64,000 nt of DNA from Zancudomyces culisetae HAW-14-8 (lineage: Eukaryota; Fungi; Kickxellomycota). Below are positions 24,038-36,344 of the stretch, one piece after another; the first letter of the stretch is position 1, and the number at the start of each line of letters is the position of its first letter. The position numbers were made by a program, and so were the translations under genes. The DNA is taken from contig JBNJNM010000008.1 in assembly GCA_052426225.1 (NCBI GenBank), positions 310,001 to 374,000 on the forward strand. Reading direction: 5' to 3'. The notes below the pieces were generated by a model, which had not been told where the DNA came from, did no database searches, and worked only from the letters and a program-made list of their open reading frames with translations.

Positions 24038-26542
24038 TCAAGAAATAGTATATACCAAAATATACGCGGTTTTATCGATTTTTTCTGCTTTGACTTGGTC
24101 AATATTTCCAATGTGAGAAAGTTTTGTATCATCAAACATCAACCATTGAGATACAGCCTGAGTTACCATTTGTCCACTGCTACTATTGTTAGTACCAAAA
24201 GCGACATTTTTCACGTTGCGTTTCCATTTGATATCACAAGTATAATGACCACCATTGGTATTATCACCATGATGGTAAATAACAGATTCAAGATTATAAG
24301 TAGTGGGTTTGAGCTTGGGTTTGGGTTTGGGTTTGGATGTAGATGTAGATGTGGGTGTGGGTGTGGGTGTGGGTTTGAGTTTGAGTTTGAGTTTGGATTT
24401 ATCGTCTTTTTTGATCTTGTTAATATTGGTACTGGTATTTGATGATGATGGATGGAACCATTTATCTTTAATTACGAGTGTTTCAGGGTACTTGATATAC
24501 TTGTTGATTTTCTTGATTAGTCCATCATGAATGCTATATTCAACCCGTTTAAGTATAATAATTAGAACTGGAGGAAGTGATTCGATATACATTTGTTTTG
24601 TAGCCTTGACAAATCTACCACTAGTATTAGTATTAGTATTAGTATTAGTATTAGTGTTGGAATTGGAATGTGAATAAATTTCATTATCGTTATCCATTGC
24701 AAATGTAGAATTTTGTTGATGAGGTGCAAGGTAATAATCTTCAATGACTTCGGGGAATAAGAGATTTTCAATAGCATCCTCAATTGTGTTAATATCAGCA
24801 GTGGCATTGATCTGGCCATTTTCAACGCTATTATTCGCCAAAGTGGCGGAATTGTTAATCCGATGATTATTTACTATATCCAGAGCTAAATACTCAAATG
24901 GTTCAAAAGTACAACTGGGTTTTTGCCCTGGAATCTTGAGTTCTGATCGCAAAACTCCCTGGAAAATCTTGGTAATTGGTGTCTTGACCAAATTCAAATT
25001 ATTCAGATTTTCACTAGTTACCATCATTGCCTGAAAATTATCTTGAAATTGTGATTGTGATTGTGATTGTGATTCACCATTCCCTACAGTACTAGCTGCT
25101 GATTCCGATTGCTGTACCTGTCGTTTGCTAACTATATTTTTCAGTACTTTTTTCTTGGTTTTGGATAACTTGACGTTCCAATTAGGTTCGTTTCCTTCAA
25201 CCATTCCATTTTCACTATCTTTAATATCAAGAAAATGATATTTACTCCTTATTGCTGTAATAAATTCTTCATTCATATATTGCAAGAAATGACCCATAAA
25301 TTCTACCGCATCTTCTTGTTGATACTGCGTTGATTGTTGTTGAGTTGATATATTCCAACTTTTCTTCTTTGTACTACCTGTTGTTCCAGACCCAAAACCA
25401 TCACCTCCACCAACATTTATATCGTAATATTCCAATCCACTTGTAAAAGAATAATCTTGTCGTTTATTTCGTTTCTTTTTTATTACATCATAAAGATACT
25501 CTGGCATAAATGGTGTATTGGATTCATTTAATTCCTTGACAATCTCCCGTGCAATCTCACTCGAAACAATTATTTGAGAACCACCACTGCTATTGCTATT
25601 GCTATTGCCATCATTATTATTACTTTCTAGGTTATTATCCGATGGTTCAGCTATAGAATGGTAATAACAGGCAGTTTCTTTATTAGTCACGTCAAATTCA
25701 CTAATAAACATTAGTAGGGCCTCTAACAATTCGTACTTTTCATAATCACGCAAACTAAATTTGACTGTGGATTTGAGTTGCATCATCATTGATAAGAAAT
25801 AAGCGTTATGTAAGAGTGCTTGTAATACTACGTTCATAAAACAAGTGTTGCCAATATTGACTAGGCCTCTTGGATTGCTTATTGTATATGAACAAGAATT
25901 TCCAACTCCTCCTTTATCTATATTTGTATTGTTGGTTGAAGTAAAAGAGTGTTCGATAGAGTAGAAATCTATAAAGTCGGCCAAATCTATATTTCTATTG
26001 GCACCAACACTAGCACTACCAATTCCAACTACAGCATCGCCATTTTCATTTTCATTTTCATTGTCATTGTCATTATTATCGTTGTTGTTATTGTCAGTTC
26101 CAATACATCCAGAAGCTTGCAAATGTTGTTGTACAAGTCTTTGTCTATGTAGCTGGGCATTGGGGTCGTTATCAGTGGCAAGGGTATTTATATTTGGATT
26201 TTTATTTTTATTTTTTGAAAATAAAGAAGCCCAAGAAGATGGTTTTTCACTTTTAAAAGTAGATTCAGTTGTATTAGTAGTAGTAGTGTTTGTTGTTGAT
26301 GCTGTTGATGATGCAGAATTATTTAGTGGTTTTGATTTGGATTTTGATTTTGATTTGAATTTAACTTTAGCTTTAGCCTTTTGATCTTGGAATTTCCAGT
26401 ATTCTAATGTATCAGTTTGGTTTGGAATATAAATGGGATAAGCATCGAGTAGTAGAGCTTGGAGAGTTGTATGGTCGTTGAGGATTTGAGAACGTTGGAT
26501 TACACGTTCGGATTGAAAAGGGTTTAAATCCTTTTTCGTCAT
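24038..26542 (-). CDS. UBP3: Ubiquitin-specific protease, Ubp3/USP10-like
   Basis: Cys box PRGLVNIGNTCFMNVVLQALL, QQEDAVEFMGHFL, His box YNLESVIYHHG..NGGHYTCD, WLMFDD and TAYILVY. N-terminal KPSSWASLF motif. Confidence 0.85.
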   Translation of the reverse strand: MTKKDLNPFQSERVIQRSQILNDHTTLQALLLDAYPIYIPNQTDTLEYWKFQDQKAKAKVKFKSKSKSKSKPLNNSASSTASTTNTTTTNTTESTFKSEKPSSWASLFSKNKNKNPNINTLATDNDPNAQLHRQRLVQQHLQASGCIGTDNNNNDNNDNDNENENENGDAVVGIGSASVGANRNIDLADFIDFYSIEHSFTSTNNTNIDKGGVGNSCSYTISNPRGLVNIGNTCFMNVVLQALLHNAYFLSMMMQLKSTVKFSLRDYEKYELLEALLMFISEFDVTNKETACYYHSIAEPSDNNLESNNNDGNSNSNSSGGSQIIVSSEIAREIVKELNESNTPFMPEYLYDVIKKKRNKRQDYSFTSGLEYYDINVGGGDGFGSGTTGSTKKKSWNISTQQQSTQYQQEDAVEFMGHFLQYMNEEFITAIRSKYHFLDIKDSENGMVEGNEPNWNVKLSKTKKKVLKNIVSKRQVQQSESAASTVGNGESQSQSQSQFQDNFQAMMVTSENLNNLNLVKTPITKIFQGVLRSELKIPGQKPSCTFEPFEYLALDIVNNHRINNSATLANNSVENGQINATADINTIEDAIENLLFPEVIEDYYLAPHQQNSTFAMDNDNEIYSHSNSNTNTNTNTNTNTSGRFVKATKQMYIESLPPVLIIILKRVEYSIHDGLIKKINKYIKYPETLVIKDKWFHPSSSNTSTNINKIKKDDKSKLKLKLKPTPTPTPTSTSTSKPKPKPKLKPTTYNLESVIYHHGDNTNGGHYTCDIKWKRNVKNVAFGTNNSSSGQMVTQAVSQWLMFDDTKLSHIGNIDQVKAEKIDKTAYILVYTIS

Positions 26543-26999
26543 TGTTTTCTCTAGTATATTATTATTATTAGTTACTGATTGATGTTTGTTTGTTTGTTTG
26601 TTGATTTTCTTTTATTATTAGATTTTGTTTTATTATATTTTGTTTTGTTTTGTAAGAGGAGCTTGGAATAGGATTACGTATTATACTTTTTATATTTTTT
26701 TTTGTTATAATTTTACATGTGGAAATATTCCAAATTTGCAGTAAATAAATAAATTTAAAAAAATTAAATTAAATTGTTTGGGGTAATTAGAGGGAAAGGT
26801 TAGAGGAATTGAAGGGAGGAAAGGGGGGGGGAAGAAAGGGAGGAGGGGAGGAGGGGGAAAGAAAATGAAAAATTTTAAAGTTTCAAATATATTATAATAA
26901 AAATACCAAAAATTAAAAAAATAACGAGAAAAATAAAAATGAAAAAGAAACAAGAAAAAAAAAGAAAAAGAAAAAAGAATCAATCAATCAATCAATTAA

Positions 27000-29900
27000 T
27001 TAATCACCTTCATCCATTTCAGAAGGTTTAACAAGCCCAGGAATCAACAAATCAGCATTACGTTGTTCAAGTTTGAGTTTTTCAATTTCCAAATCGTTTT
27101 CCAATTTAAACAAGACTTGGTGTTCCTCGACCTCACCATTAAAGACCTTGAGTTGAATCAAAAAATCATGAACTACAAGTTTGAACTTGTTAAAGTCAGA
27201 AGAAAACGCAAATAGCTCGCTCACAAAGACAGAGACTTGAGATTGAGATAGGTTGGGGAAGGCAGAAAGTAACAGGTTGGCAAGGTATTGCGAAACAGCT
27301 TGTTGGTTGAGTTCAGAAGGCAAGTGAGATTGGGATTGAGGTTGGGATTGGGATTGAGATTGAGATAGAGAAAGATTAAAGAGACGAGAGAGGATCAAAC
27401 ACTGAGAATGGAAACCAGATTTGTGGTCGGAATCAGTAAGAACATAGAAAATGTCGGATAGCAAGTCAAAGTAGTAGGAAGAAAAGAACGAGGAGGAAAT
27501 GTGAGGTTCGGAATTAACAAACAAATTGACCAAATCATACAAAAGCGACAAACTCTGTTCGGAGATGTCGCGCTGGGTATGTTTGAAGCCCCAGACTATA
27601 GCATGGACCAGCATTTTGAAGGAATCAGGATCCAACAACAAGAGAGCAGTAAAGCATTTGGTTGACAGAGCCGTCAGCAAAGAATAGAAATGAAGTCTGA
27701 GGTCGGGATATTCAGTAAAATCACGGTTTATAGAGGCTAGAGTTGGGAATAGCAAGTGTTGGACTATATCGGGAACACGGTCGTTGACCAAATGGCCCAA
27801 CACGTCAATAACGGTAGTGATCAGCGACAAGACTTCATAGTCACGATACACCACATCTGCTGCTGCATAGTCTGGAATCACTGTCTCAAACAGAGGTGGC
27901 ACAATATGCGAAATAATAGGCGACAAGTCGTGGTCCTTGGAGCTGTTTATAAACTCGCGGGCCAGCACCAGCGCATTCTTCTTGACCGACCGGTACGCCC
28001 GAACCACTGGATACTTGACTGCCACCGGCCCATTCTGCGCAACAGCCTGTGCCACTTTGGTCGACAGCGCAGCATAAATCGACATCAAATCAATGTATAT
28101 GTTGGCCAGCTGCGGCAGAAACGCATATCCAAGCGGCTGACACACACTGATATTGATGCGCAAAAACTGGTCTATCGACTTGACCAGATCCTGCTTGCCC
28201 AACGCCTCGGCATCGCGCGCCAACGAACTGCCCACCAGCCCCCACGACTTGTTGGGCAGCGCCATCATCGACGTCAGCAGCCGGTTGAGTGTCGCAGGAT
28301 CCGACTCTGCCGCCACAATCCGCCCCACCGCATTGTAAAACGTCACAATCTGAGCTGGCTCCAAATCAGATATAATCGATTCCGTCGTCGCTATAATCTC
28401 ATCAATAAACGGCATCTGCTCATTCTGCTGCAGAAACAAGAAATGCTTGCGACACTTGTCTGCCAGCTTGATAAACGTGTCTATCGCCATATCCTGCACT
28501 CCCGGATGCAACTCATGCATAAACTCAAACAACTTGTTCACTACTGTCTTCAAAAACTTCCAGTGCGCCTTCAGAAACCGTGGATACTGTCCCACCACAT
28601 ACATAATGTTCGCTGCCACCACCGCCTTGTTGTCCTTTCCCCTCACCATCTCACACAGCCCAAGCAGCCCCTTAATCACCACCACCAAAAACCGCCGCTC
28701 CTGCTCCTCTCCCATCGCCCCGCTGATCGACCCAAACGCCCAACACAGCTTGTTCAAATTGTTCCAGCTCCACTCCGTCGAATCCAACTGCTTTGCCAGC
28801 TTCTCCATCATAATCCGCTCCATGTCCTCTGAATCCAAATGTGTCAACAACACCAAACACTCTCGCTGTGCCTTGTACACATTAATCGTATCTGTCTCCT
28901 TGATAAACTCCCGCACTATCTCCCCATCATCATTCTCCACCACCAACACCTCTGACGGCTTCGCCATATTGTCTATCACCACTTGTCGCATCTCTGTCAA
29001 TATCCCCTCATAATGCAAACTTCGATTTCGCTTCAAATTCAACAATGACCCCAACGCAAGCCTTCTCTCCTCATATAACCCCTTCACAAACCCATTGCTA
29101 TATTCCAAACACACCTTAAACAACTCCCGGTCCTGGATCCCCATCATCCCTACCAAATACCGATGTCCCTGTATCACTCCTGCCATGTTCGCTCGGCTCT
29201 CCAACAATGTCAAGTGCCTACCCAGCACCGTCGCCAAAAACTGCACCACATTCTGTATAAACTCTTGCTCATCATCCTCCAAGGTCTCCCACTCCTCTCC
29301 AAACTGTGTCTTTTCTCCTAACACCTTCCCTATCCCCTCCATCGCCCCTTCATACAACTTTACTATCTTTCCTGCCTCATTCGACCCCATATTCACCTGC
29401 AACCCTGCTATCTCTGCCAAACACTTTATCGTCACATTTCGTGTCTCTCGTGCCTCCAAAAATCGCGTACACATTGTCTCTATCAACTCCGTCTCAAATA
29501 TATACCCCACCGGAATCCAACTCAAAAACCTCAACAATGTCTCCAACGTCGCCTTCACTAACGACGCCTGCATCGCCGTCTGTATCACCTCGTTACACAA
29601 CTCAAATATCGAACTAAACTCCCCCCGCAATTGTGTCTTCATATCCTGTGCCTTCTTACTTGTCATCTGTTCCTCTGAAAAATCAAATATCTCCTCACTC
29701 AACAACCGCAATATCTCCATATTGTTATAACACAACGATATACTCGTTTTGCTACTTGCCACTAGCTCTGGTATAAACGTCGGCCAGTTCTGTGGCCACT
29801 CTTGCTTCAGTATCTCTACCAATATCAAATTCAGCTTCGACAAATACATCTTGTTCTCCTTAATCTGCCCCTCCGAACTCGATATCTTTATTATTATCGA

Positions 29901-30422
29901 CACTATAAAATTCTTAATCCCTGTTTGCTGTTCCCCCGGCAATATCTTCCATCGCGTCTGTATGATCTTTTCCAAAATCTGTAACCCTATAAACTTGGTA
30001 TGCGCCATTCTTGACTTTTCTAATATTGTATCTACTCGTGTCCACGCTTCCAGATTCTCCTGAAACTGTGTCAATATCTCTTGTGCTCTCTTTTGCTATT
30101 TTTTATTTTTTTTTTATTTCATTTTTTTCATTATTCATTTTTCAATAAAAAGAAAAACAATAAATTTTAATCGCTTTTTTATCTCTCTATTCTCTTGCTT
30201 CGTTTGAATCCGTTTACTTACATCTTGCCCACTTCCTTTAAAAAAGGTTTCCACCACTCTATCTAAGAGCTCTACATCAAGCTCTTTACTAAAATCCAGT
30301 ATTCCCTATTTACAAGTATACATTTTCATTTTCATTTTCATTTTTTTCCTGATCTTTTCTTTTCTTTTCCCTTCCTTTCCGTTCATATCGTGTAAACTTC
30401 AATCTTTTTTACTTACCTCCAT
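27000..30422 (-). CDS. CRM1: Exportin-1 (3 coding exons: 30422-30417, ~30305-30222, ~30095-27000)
   Basis: Spliced N-terminus ME|GILDFSKELDVELLDRVVETFFKGSGQD|QKRAQEILTQFQ; also EVLVVENDDGEIVREF, WSWNNLNKLCWAFGSISGAM and LCEMVRGKDNKAVVAANIMYVVGQYPRFLKAHWKFLKTVVNKLFEFMHE. Confidence 0.98.
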
Positions 30423-33137
30423 CCTGTTACCGATTTATTTATTTTCCTTTCGATTTCTCTTTTCTCTTTTCTTTATTTTTTATTTTTTTTTTACAATCAA
30501 AGTTAAAATCACATATATTATATTTATTTTTATATTTGAAACCCTGTATATTCTATATTTTCACAATTTTATTTACCCTTTCTTTATTTATTATTATTAT
30601 TATTATTATTTATTGTGATTACGAATACAAAAATGTCAAGAAAAAAATAAAAACAAAACTCCTCACCCTCCAATTCTCCCAGCAAACCTTTTCTTTGTTT
30701 TTATTTATTTCATGTGGATTTTTTTTTTCTTTCAACTCGTTTTTTCTATTAGCTTTGCTTTGTTTGAAATACCAACAATTTACCCTTTTTTTTCTGTATT
30801 TTTTTTTTTGGCGGTTTGCAATTGAGCTTGAACACGAACTTGTTAATAAATATAATAAAAAATTTTTTACATTGTTATTTTCATCCATCATTCAAAGACA
30901 TGGATTATAATTCTATCAGTAATATTTAAAATAATATATAGACAACTTAATTTAAACTGGTTTTCAATATTGTTTTGAAATATTATCTCATACTTTCGTG
31001 TTCTTTACATATATTAGCATAGTGTTATATATGTTACCAAACTTTTGAATAACTAGAGATCATTCCACAAAGGATACAATTACAATCACAAACGTAATAT
31101 TACTTTTACATTAATACTTCGTTCTATATATCATTCTCTTTACCAACCCTCCCCACTCCCTCCCTGACCTTTTTTCTCTCACACTCTCTTCCTTTATATT
31201 AATTTTCTTTTTAAAAGATTATCCTCTTGATTACCAAAAGCAAGAATAATGAAAAAAAAAGAGTTAAAACAATCACCCTATTTGTATCCAAACTTTTGTA
31301 AATAAGGATAAAATAACTTTTAACTGTTACACTACTTTTACTTTTACTTTTACTTTTCACTCTTTCTCTTTTTTGTTTTAGTAGGTAGTCTTAGCCTTTC
31401 TTCATAGTTCAGTTTTTTTATTTACTTCAGTTTCCCACCTTTCCCTCTTCTGCTTGTTTTTTACACTCTTTTATTTATTGCAATTTTATACTTGCGAGTA
31501 TATCATTTAAACTCGTTTATATTTTTACAAGAACAAAATTAACCCAGCCTGCTAGTTGTAATGTATCACCATTCCACCTCATTTCACTTTGCTCCACAAT
31601 CACTTCACTACCTAAAATCTACTTTCCCCATCACTACCCACCACCCACCACCCACCACCTACCACCTACCACCTACCATCCACCAAACTATCTCCTTTTT
31701 ATTTTTTTCCTTTTACGTAAATTGGGAACTTTAAATTTTTGCCAATTAGTGATTTTAAAATCAAAAAATCAAAAAATCAAAAAAACCATAAAAACCATAA
31801 AGACCATAAAAAAAAAGTATGTATACATACATACATAAATATACGAATTAAACTAAACTGAATTGAATTGCAAATATAATTGGCATTTTATTTGACCATT
31901 GGGAGGGAAAGGAAGGGAAGGGAGAGCAGAGGAAAGGAAAGGAGGTCAGAGGAAGTATCCTCTCTATACTACTTTTTTTCCGCTACTTTTCCTTTTTATA
32001 CCCATATATATGAATATATGAATATATGAATATGGGTACATTATATAAATACGCATATACATTTGTTTTAGTGCTACATTACAAGTTCCCACAATTTCAT
32101 TTTTTTTTAATCCACAAATTAATACAACATCCTAATAAAATTTCTCTTAATACATAAATATATGTGGCACACACATATTACAGATGGCTTTGGTTTGATT
32201 TGATTTGATTTGATTTGACTTGATTCGATTCGACTAATTTGATTAAACCATTTGTATTTGTATGTGTATTTGTATTTTATTCTTTGACTATACCCATCTC
32301 CTCATATTCAAACATGTATAACTCTTTCCTTTTTCTTTATACTTTTAGTTTGAAAGAGAAATGGGTGTGGGAGGAGGCATGGGTAGGTCAACTGCTTCAC
32401 TAACACTCTTTTCTATTCACAATTCAGTTTGAAATCTTTTCTAGTTAACAAACCCAACCAACTAATGGAATTAGAATTAGAAATATAATAAATTTCATTT
32501 CTCAACTTTTTTTTTTTTGTTTTTGTGGTCTTGTTGATTTTTAGGCTCTGTTTTGGTTGTTTAAATATAGAACATCAATTAAATTGCGATTAAAATTATA
32601 ATTCAAATAAAAGTAAAAATAATTGCAATTAATAAAATACAATTTATAAAAAGCGATATTTTTTTTTTACACTGTTTTGCAAAGAAAAAAAAAGAGAAAT
32701 TATTACTCTCCCCTCTCTCTCTCTCTTTGTCTCTTTCTCTCACTTTTCTACTCGCTCAACCCAACCTATATTTTCCATCATTTCGGTATTTTACATTCTA
32801 TATTTCTTTAATTTCCTTCCTATACTATTGAAAAATCGATTTTTTATGGTTCATCTTAAATTTGGTACTTTTCTTTTTTGATATATTCTATAGTTTTATA
32901 AAAGTATCCAAAACAAAGTAACACCTTTCATATCAACCTCCTTTCTTTTTTGATTTTACTTTTTTGATGAGTATAATTTCACTTTTTTAAACAAACAAAA
33001 TTCACAGCTAACTAAAGGCTTTGGTCTCCAGTTTTTTTATTATTAATTTTCTGAAAATTAAAACAACAAAATAATAATAATAGCTACAAAAAACCGACAA
33101 GGACAAGAACAAGGACAAGAACAAGAACAAGGACAAA

Positions 33138-35930
33138 ATGGACAAAATGGACAAGGTTGAAAAAGATTCGGATATAGAAAACTGCAACCTCAACACCGAG
33201 TTTGCTGAATTTCAAACTCTAATAAATCCAAAATATTACAGACAAGCAAAACCGGCTTTCAAGGACCTCGAAGAAACCTTTGAAAAGTATCCTATTATAA
33301 TGGAGGAAAAACTCGCTCGGTTGGAAAAGGCCAGTACCGAGTACCTGGCAAAGTCCGAGGAATTTCTGGATGCTCGTGAAAGACTTGGTAGCATTCTACA
33401 AGATCTTGTCAATACCGAACCTATCCGAAACGCTGAGCTAGAAGAATTGTTCGATCAGTATTTTATCAATACCGGAGAAATTAATAAAATCAGCAGGATG
33501 GTTCAAACAGAAGCTATTAGAAAAATAAAAACCGAAATCATAAGGCCGTTAAGTCGGGGTATCACCGAAGCAAAAGCAGAGAGAAAAATAGTTGATACTC
33601 TTCATAACGACCATGAATGGCAACTAACCCGCTTAATGAACCGAAAACAGGATGATGCAAACACAAAAAGAATGCTCGATGAAGTGGCAGAGCTGAAGAG
33701 GCAAAGCGGTGCCCATTCTAGCGAATATATAAAAAAATTGGCACAAGTAACAAGTCTGGAAAAACTCACCAGTATGGAAAGAGTAATGGAAGTGATGATC
33801 GCTGAATTCGCGTATTTTCACCAGGCATACGCAATTATGAAGGATTTCGAACCAACCATAGAAGCAATTTCGTCAGGCCTAAATACCACAAAGGCGCGCT
33901 ATCAAAAATTATTGCAAGAAAACGAAGAACGCTGCCGCCGTCCATCCACAAACTTACTCGAGGAGAAGGCCGGATATTTATACTTGCGGGTATACACTGT
34001 GCTTGGTACAACTTCTTGGACAAAACGGTGGTTTGAAATAAATGGGGGAAATCTAGTACATTACACGAAGGGTGATAGGAGCGATATCGAAGTATTTCCT
34101 CTACATTTGTGCAAGCTGAAAGGACCCGTAGCCCAACCTCCTGGTGAGCGAAGACGGTATATTATTGAAGTAGTCTCGCCTCAAAAACCACTCGTGCTGC
34201 AGGCAGAGACCGAGCACGAAGAAGAGCTGTGGCGACATATTTTGACCACCGAAATCGAAGACTCGGTATATTCAACTTTTAGAAGCGATGCCAAGTCCAT
34301 TGATGATGACGAATATGAAGAACCAACATCTGCTTTCTCCAAAAAGACAAGTACTCGAACGTTGAACTCTACTACTCCTGGAAGTCGTGCCTTTTCAGCT
34401 TCCCCAAGTGCCAAACGGAAATCTCATTACAACATTCGTTCCGAAGAAAAGACACAGCTTAGAAATATCTTGGAATCGCTATCTAACGAATCATGCGCAG
34501 ATTGTGGTGAAAACAAGGCCACTTGGGCTGTCATCAATTATGGCGTGTTGGTATGTATAGAATGCAGTGGAATTCATAGAAGCCTAGGCGTACATATAAG
34601 CAAAGTACGATCCATTCTTTTGGATAAACTAGAACCAGAAAACCTTCATATCCTCCAAAGATTGGGAAATAAACTTGTAAATACTATTCTTGAATCTGAA
34701 AACATTTCTCATAACATGGCTACCGAGGGTGGCGGGCGTGTGCCAAACGATATCATGCAGATCCACATCGCAAACAAGTATCTGCATAAAAAATATCTTT
34801 CCCACAACCAAAATGATATCATGGATTGCGATACACTTTTGCTTGGTTCTACAGCTAGGGCTGATATTGCAGGGGTTTTGAAAGCACTTTTGTATGGTGC
34901 TAATCCAAACAAAGCCACTACCTCAACCCCACTTATCAATGCCGTATTTGCCTGTGATTACGCCATAATTGAGCTATTGATTCTTTGGGGTGCCGATATC
35001 AATCTACGGATTTCACCATCTTCACAAGATCCAGATACCCCCGAATTTTCGTTTAATAAGGAGGATGTTCCATTAATCACCAACGGTGTCCCATCATCTA
35101 TTCTGTTTATGGGTGGTTCTGCTCTCCATGCTGCTGCCTGTTTGGACAACCCTGTTTTGATTTCCTTTTTGACTCGAAAGGGTGCTGACTCTTCTATTCC
35201 AAATTGCTATGGATACCTACCCTTGGATATTGCTCTAGGTTATAACAATATCATGTCCATTATGGCCCTGCGCTATGCAAACATGAAATCCTCACCCCTT
35301 CCTTTTTCTCCAAGACTCAGCTCTCCTCGTGACTTTAACGGTTCTGACGCGAATTTCACCAATGATCCATCTACTGATGATTGGGCAATTCCACTCTTGT
35401 ACACTCCTAATCCGCCTGATTTTACCTCTGCCCTCTCCCTTCAGTCCTCCCTTCCTGCTACTTTGGTTACCAATTCTGCAAATACTTCACGTGACGAACT
35501 ACCAGATCCTTCGATTTCCTCTATTATAACCCCTAACACATCTGTAGCCGGCCATGGGCTCGATTTCGCTACTATTCCTTCCCTTACTTCTCATGAATCT
35601 ACTGAGCTCATCGAAACTTTTGAGCCTGTTGAACCCGTTGAGCCAGTTGAGCCAGTTGAGCCAGTTGAGCCAGTTGAGCCAGTTGAGCCAGTTGAGCCAG
35701 TTGAGCCAGTTGAGCCAGTTGAGCCAGTTGAGCCAGTTGAGCCAGTTGAACCCGTTGAGCCAGTTAAAACTACTGAACCCATCAAAACTGTTGAACCTGC
35801 TGAATCTATTGAACCTGCTGAACCTGCTGAACCTGCCGAAACTGCTGAAACCGCTAAAACCGCTAAAAACGCTAAAACTGCCAAAGCCACCAAATCCGCT
35901 AAAGCCGGCAAAACTAAAAGACAGGAATAA
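33138..35930 (+). CDS. BAR-PH-ArfGAP-ankyrin protein (ACAP/centaurin-beta-like)
   Basis: Helical N-terminus; PH domain ([31 protein letters not shown]); ArfGAP zinc finger [37 protein letters not shown]; ankyrin repeats ([10 protein letters not shown]). Confidence 0.9.
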   Translation: MDKMDKVEKDSDIENCNLNTEFAEFQTLINPKYYRQAKPAFKDLEETFEKYPIIMEEKLARLEKASTEYLAKSEEFLDARERLGSILQDLVNTEPIRNAELEELFDQYFINTGEINKISRMVQTEAIRKIKTEIIRPLSRGITEAKAERKIVDTLHNDHEWQLTRLMNRKQDDANTKRMLDEVAELKRQSGAHSSEYIKKLAQVTSLEKLTSMERVMEVMIAEFAYFHQAYAIMKDFEPTIEAISSGLNTTKARYQKLLQENEERCRRPSTNLLEEKAGYLYLRVYTVLGTTSWTKRWFEINGGNLVHYTKGDRSDIEVFPLHLCKLKGPVAQPPGERRRYIIEVVSPQKPLVLQAETEHEEELWRHILTTEIEDSVYSTFRSDAKSIDDDEYEEPTSAFSKKTSTRTLNSTTPGSRAFSASPSAKRKSHYNIRSEEKTQLRNILESLSNESCADCGENKATWAVINYGVLVCIECSGIHRSLGVHISKVRSILLDKLEPENLHILQRLGNKLVNTILESENISHNMATEGGGRVPNDIMQIHIANKYLHKKYLSHNQNDIMDCDTLLLGSTARADIAGVLKALLYGANPNKATTSTPLINAVFACDYAIIELLILWGADINLRISPSSQDPDTPEFSFNKEDVPLITNGVPSSILFMGGSALHAAACLDNPVLISFLTRKGADSSIPNCYGYLPLDIALGYNNIMSIMALRYANMKSSPLPFSPRLSSPRDFNGSDANFTNDPSTDDWAIPLLYTPNPPDFTSALSLQSSLPATLVTNSANTSRDELPDPSISSIITPNTSVAGHGLDFATIPSLTSHESTELIETFEPVEPVEPVEPVEPVEPVEPVEPVEPVEPVEPVEPVEPVEPVEPVEPVKTTEPIKTVEPAESIEPAEPAEPAETAETAKTAKNAKTAKATKSAKAGKTKRQE
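35622..35765 (+). repeat. Coding 9-bp minisatellite, 16 units (12 perfect GAGCCAGTT) = (EPV)16
   Basis: Units counted directly in the sequence. Confidence 0.95.
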
Positions 35931-36344
35931 ACTCGAAGTAACTTCACGTTACAAGTTCTCGGTTAACTGGCTATCCATTCACTCCTCTCTAAATAGTTTT
36001 GAATTTCTTCTCATTATCACACTTCCTAGACTATCTGCTTCTATAGATCAATTCGTTCCATTTTTCTTTAATCTGCATTTACTATCAAACTTAGTATGTT
36101 AAATTTAGACACTTCTATAAATACCTTTGGCGGGGTTTTATTCCTTGCCACCTTTTTTGCATAATTTATCTTTCATTGATAGCTTTATAAAACGAAAATC
36201 TTAGTAAAATGAGTTAAATGATGGTTTATACATGAAAGTTAGATATTTGAAACGATATAGTAAGGTTGAAGAGATGAAAAAAATACTGAACAAGTAATGC
36301 TCTGTATGCGTTTTGTGGGAACCAATAATTACACTTAAATAAAC

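Noticed and set aside
27756-28832. 358-aa antisense ORF (and other antisense ORFs) inside CRM1
   Set aside because: It lies opposite a highly conserved gene in its GC-rich section, where reverse-strand stops are rare. No recognisable motifs.
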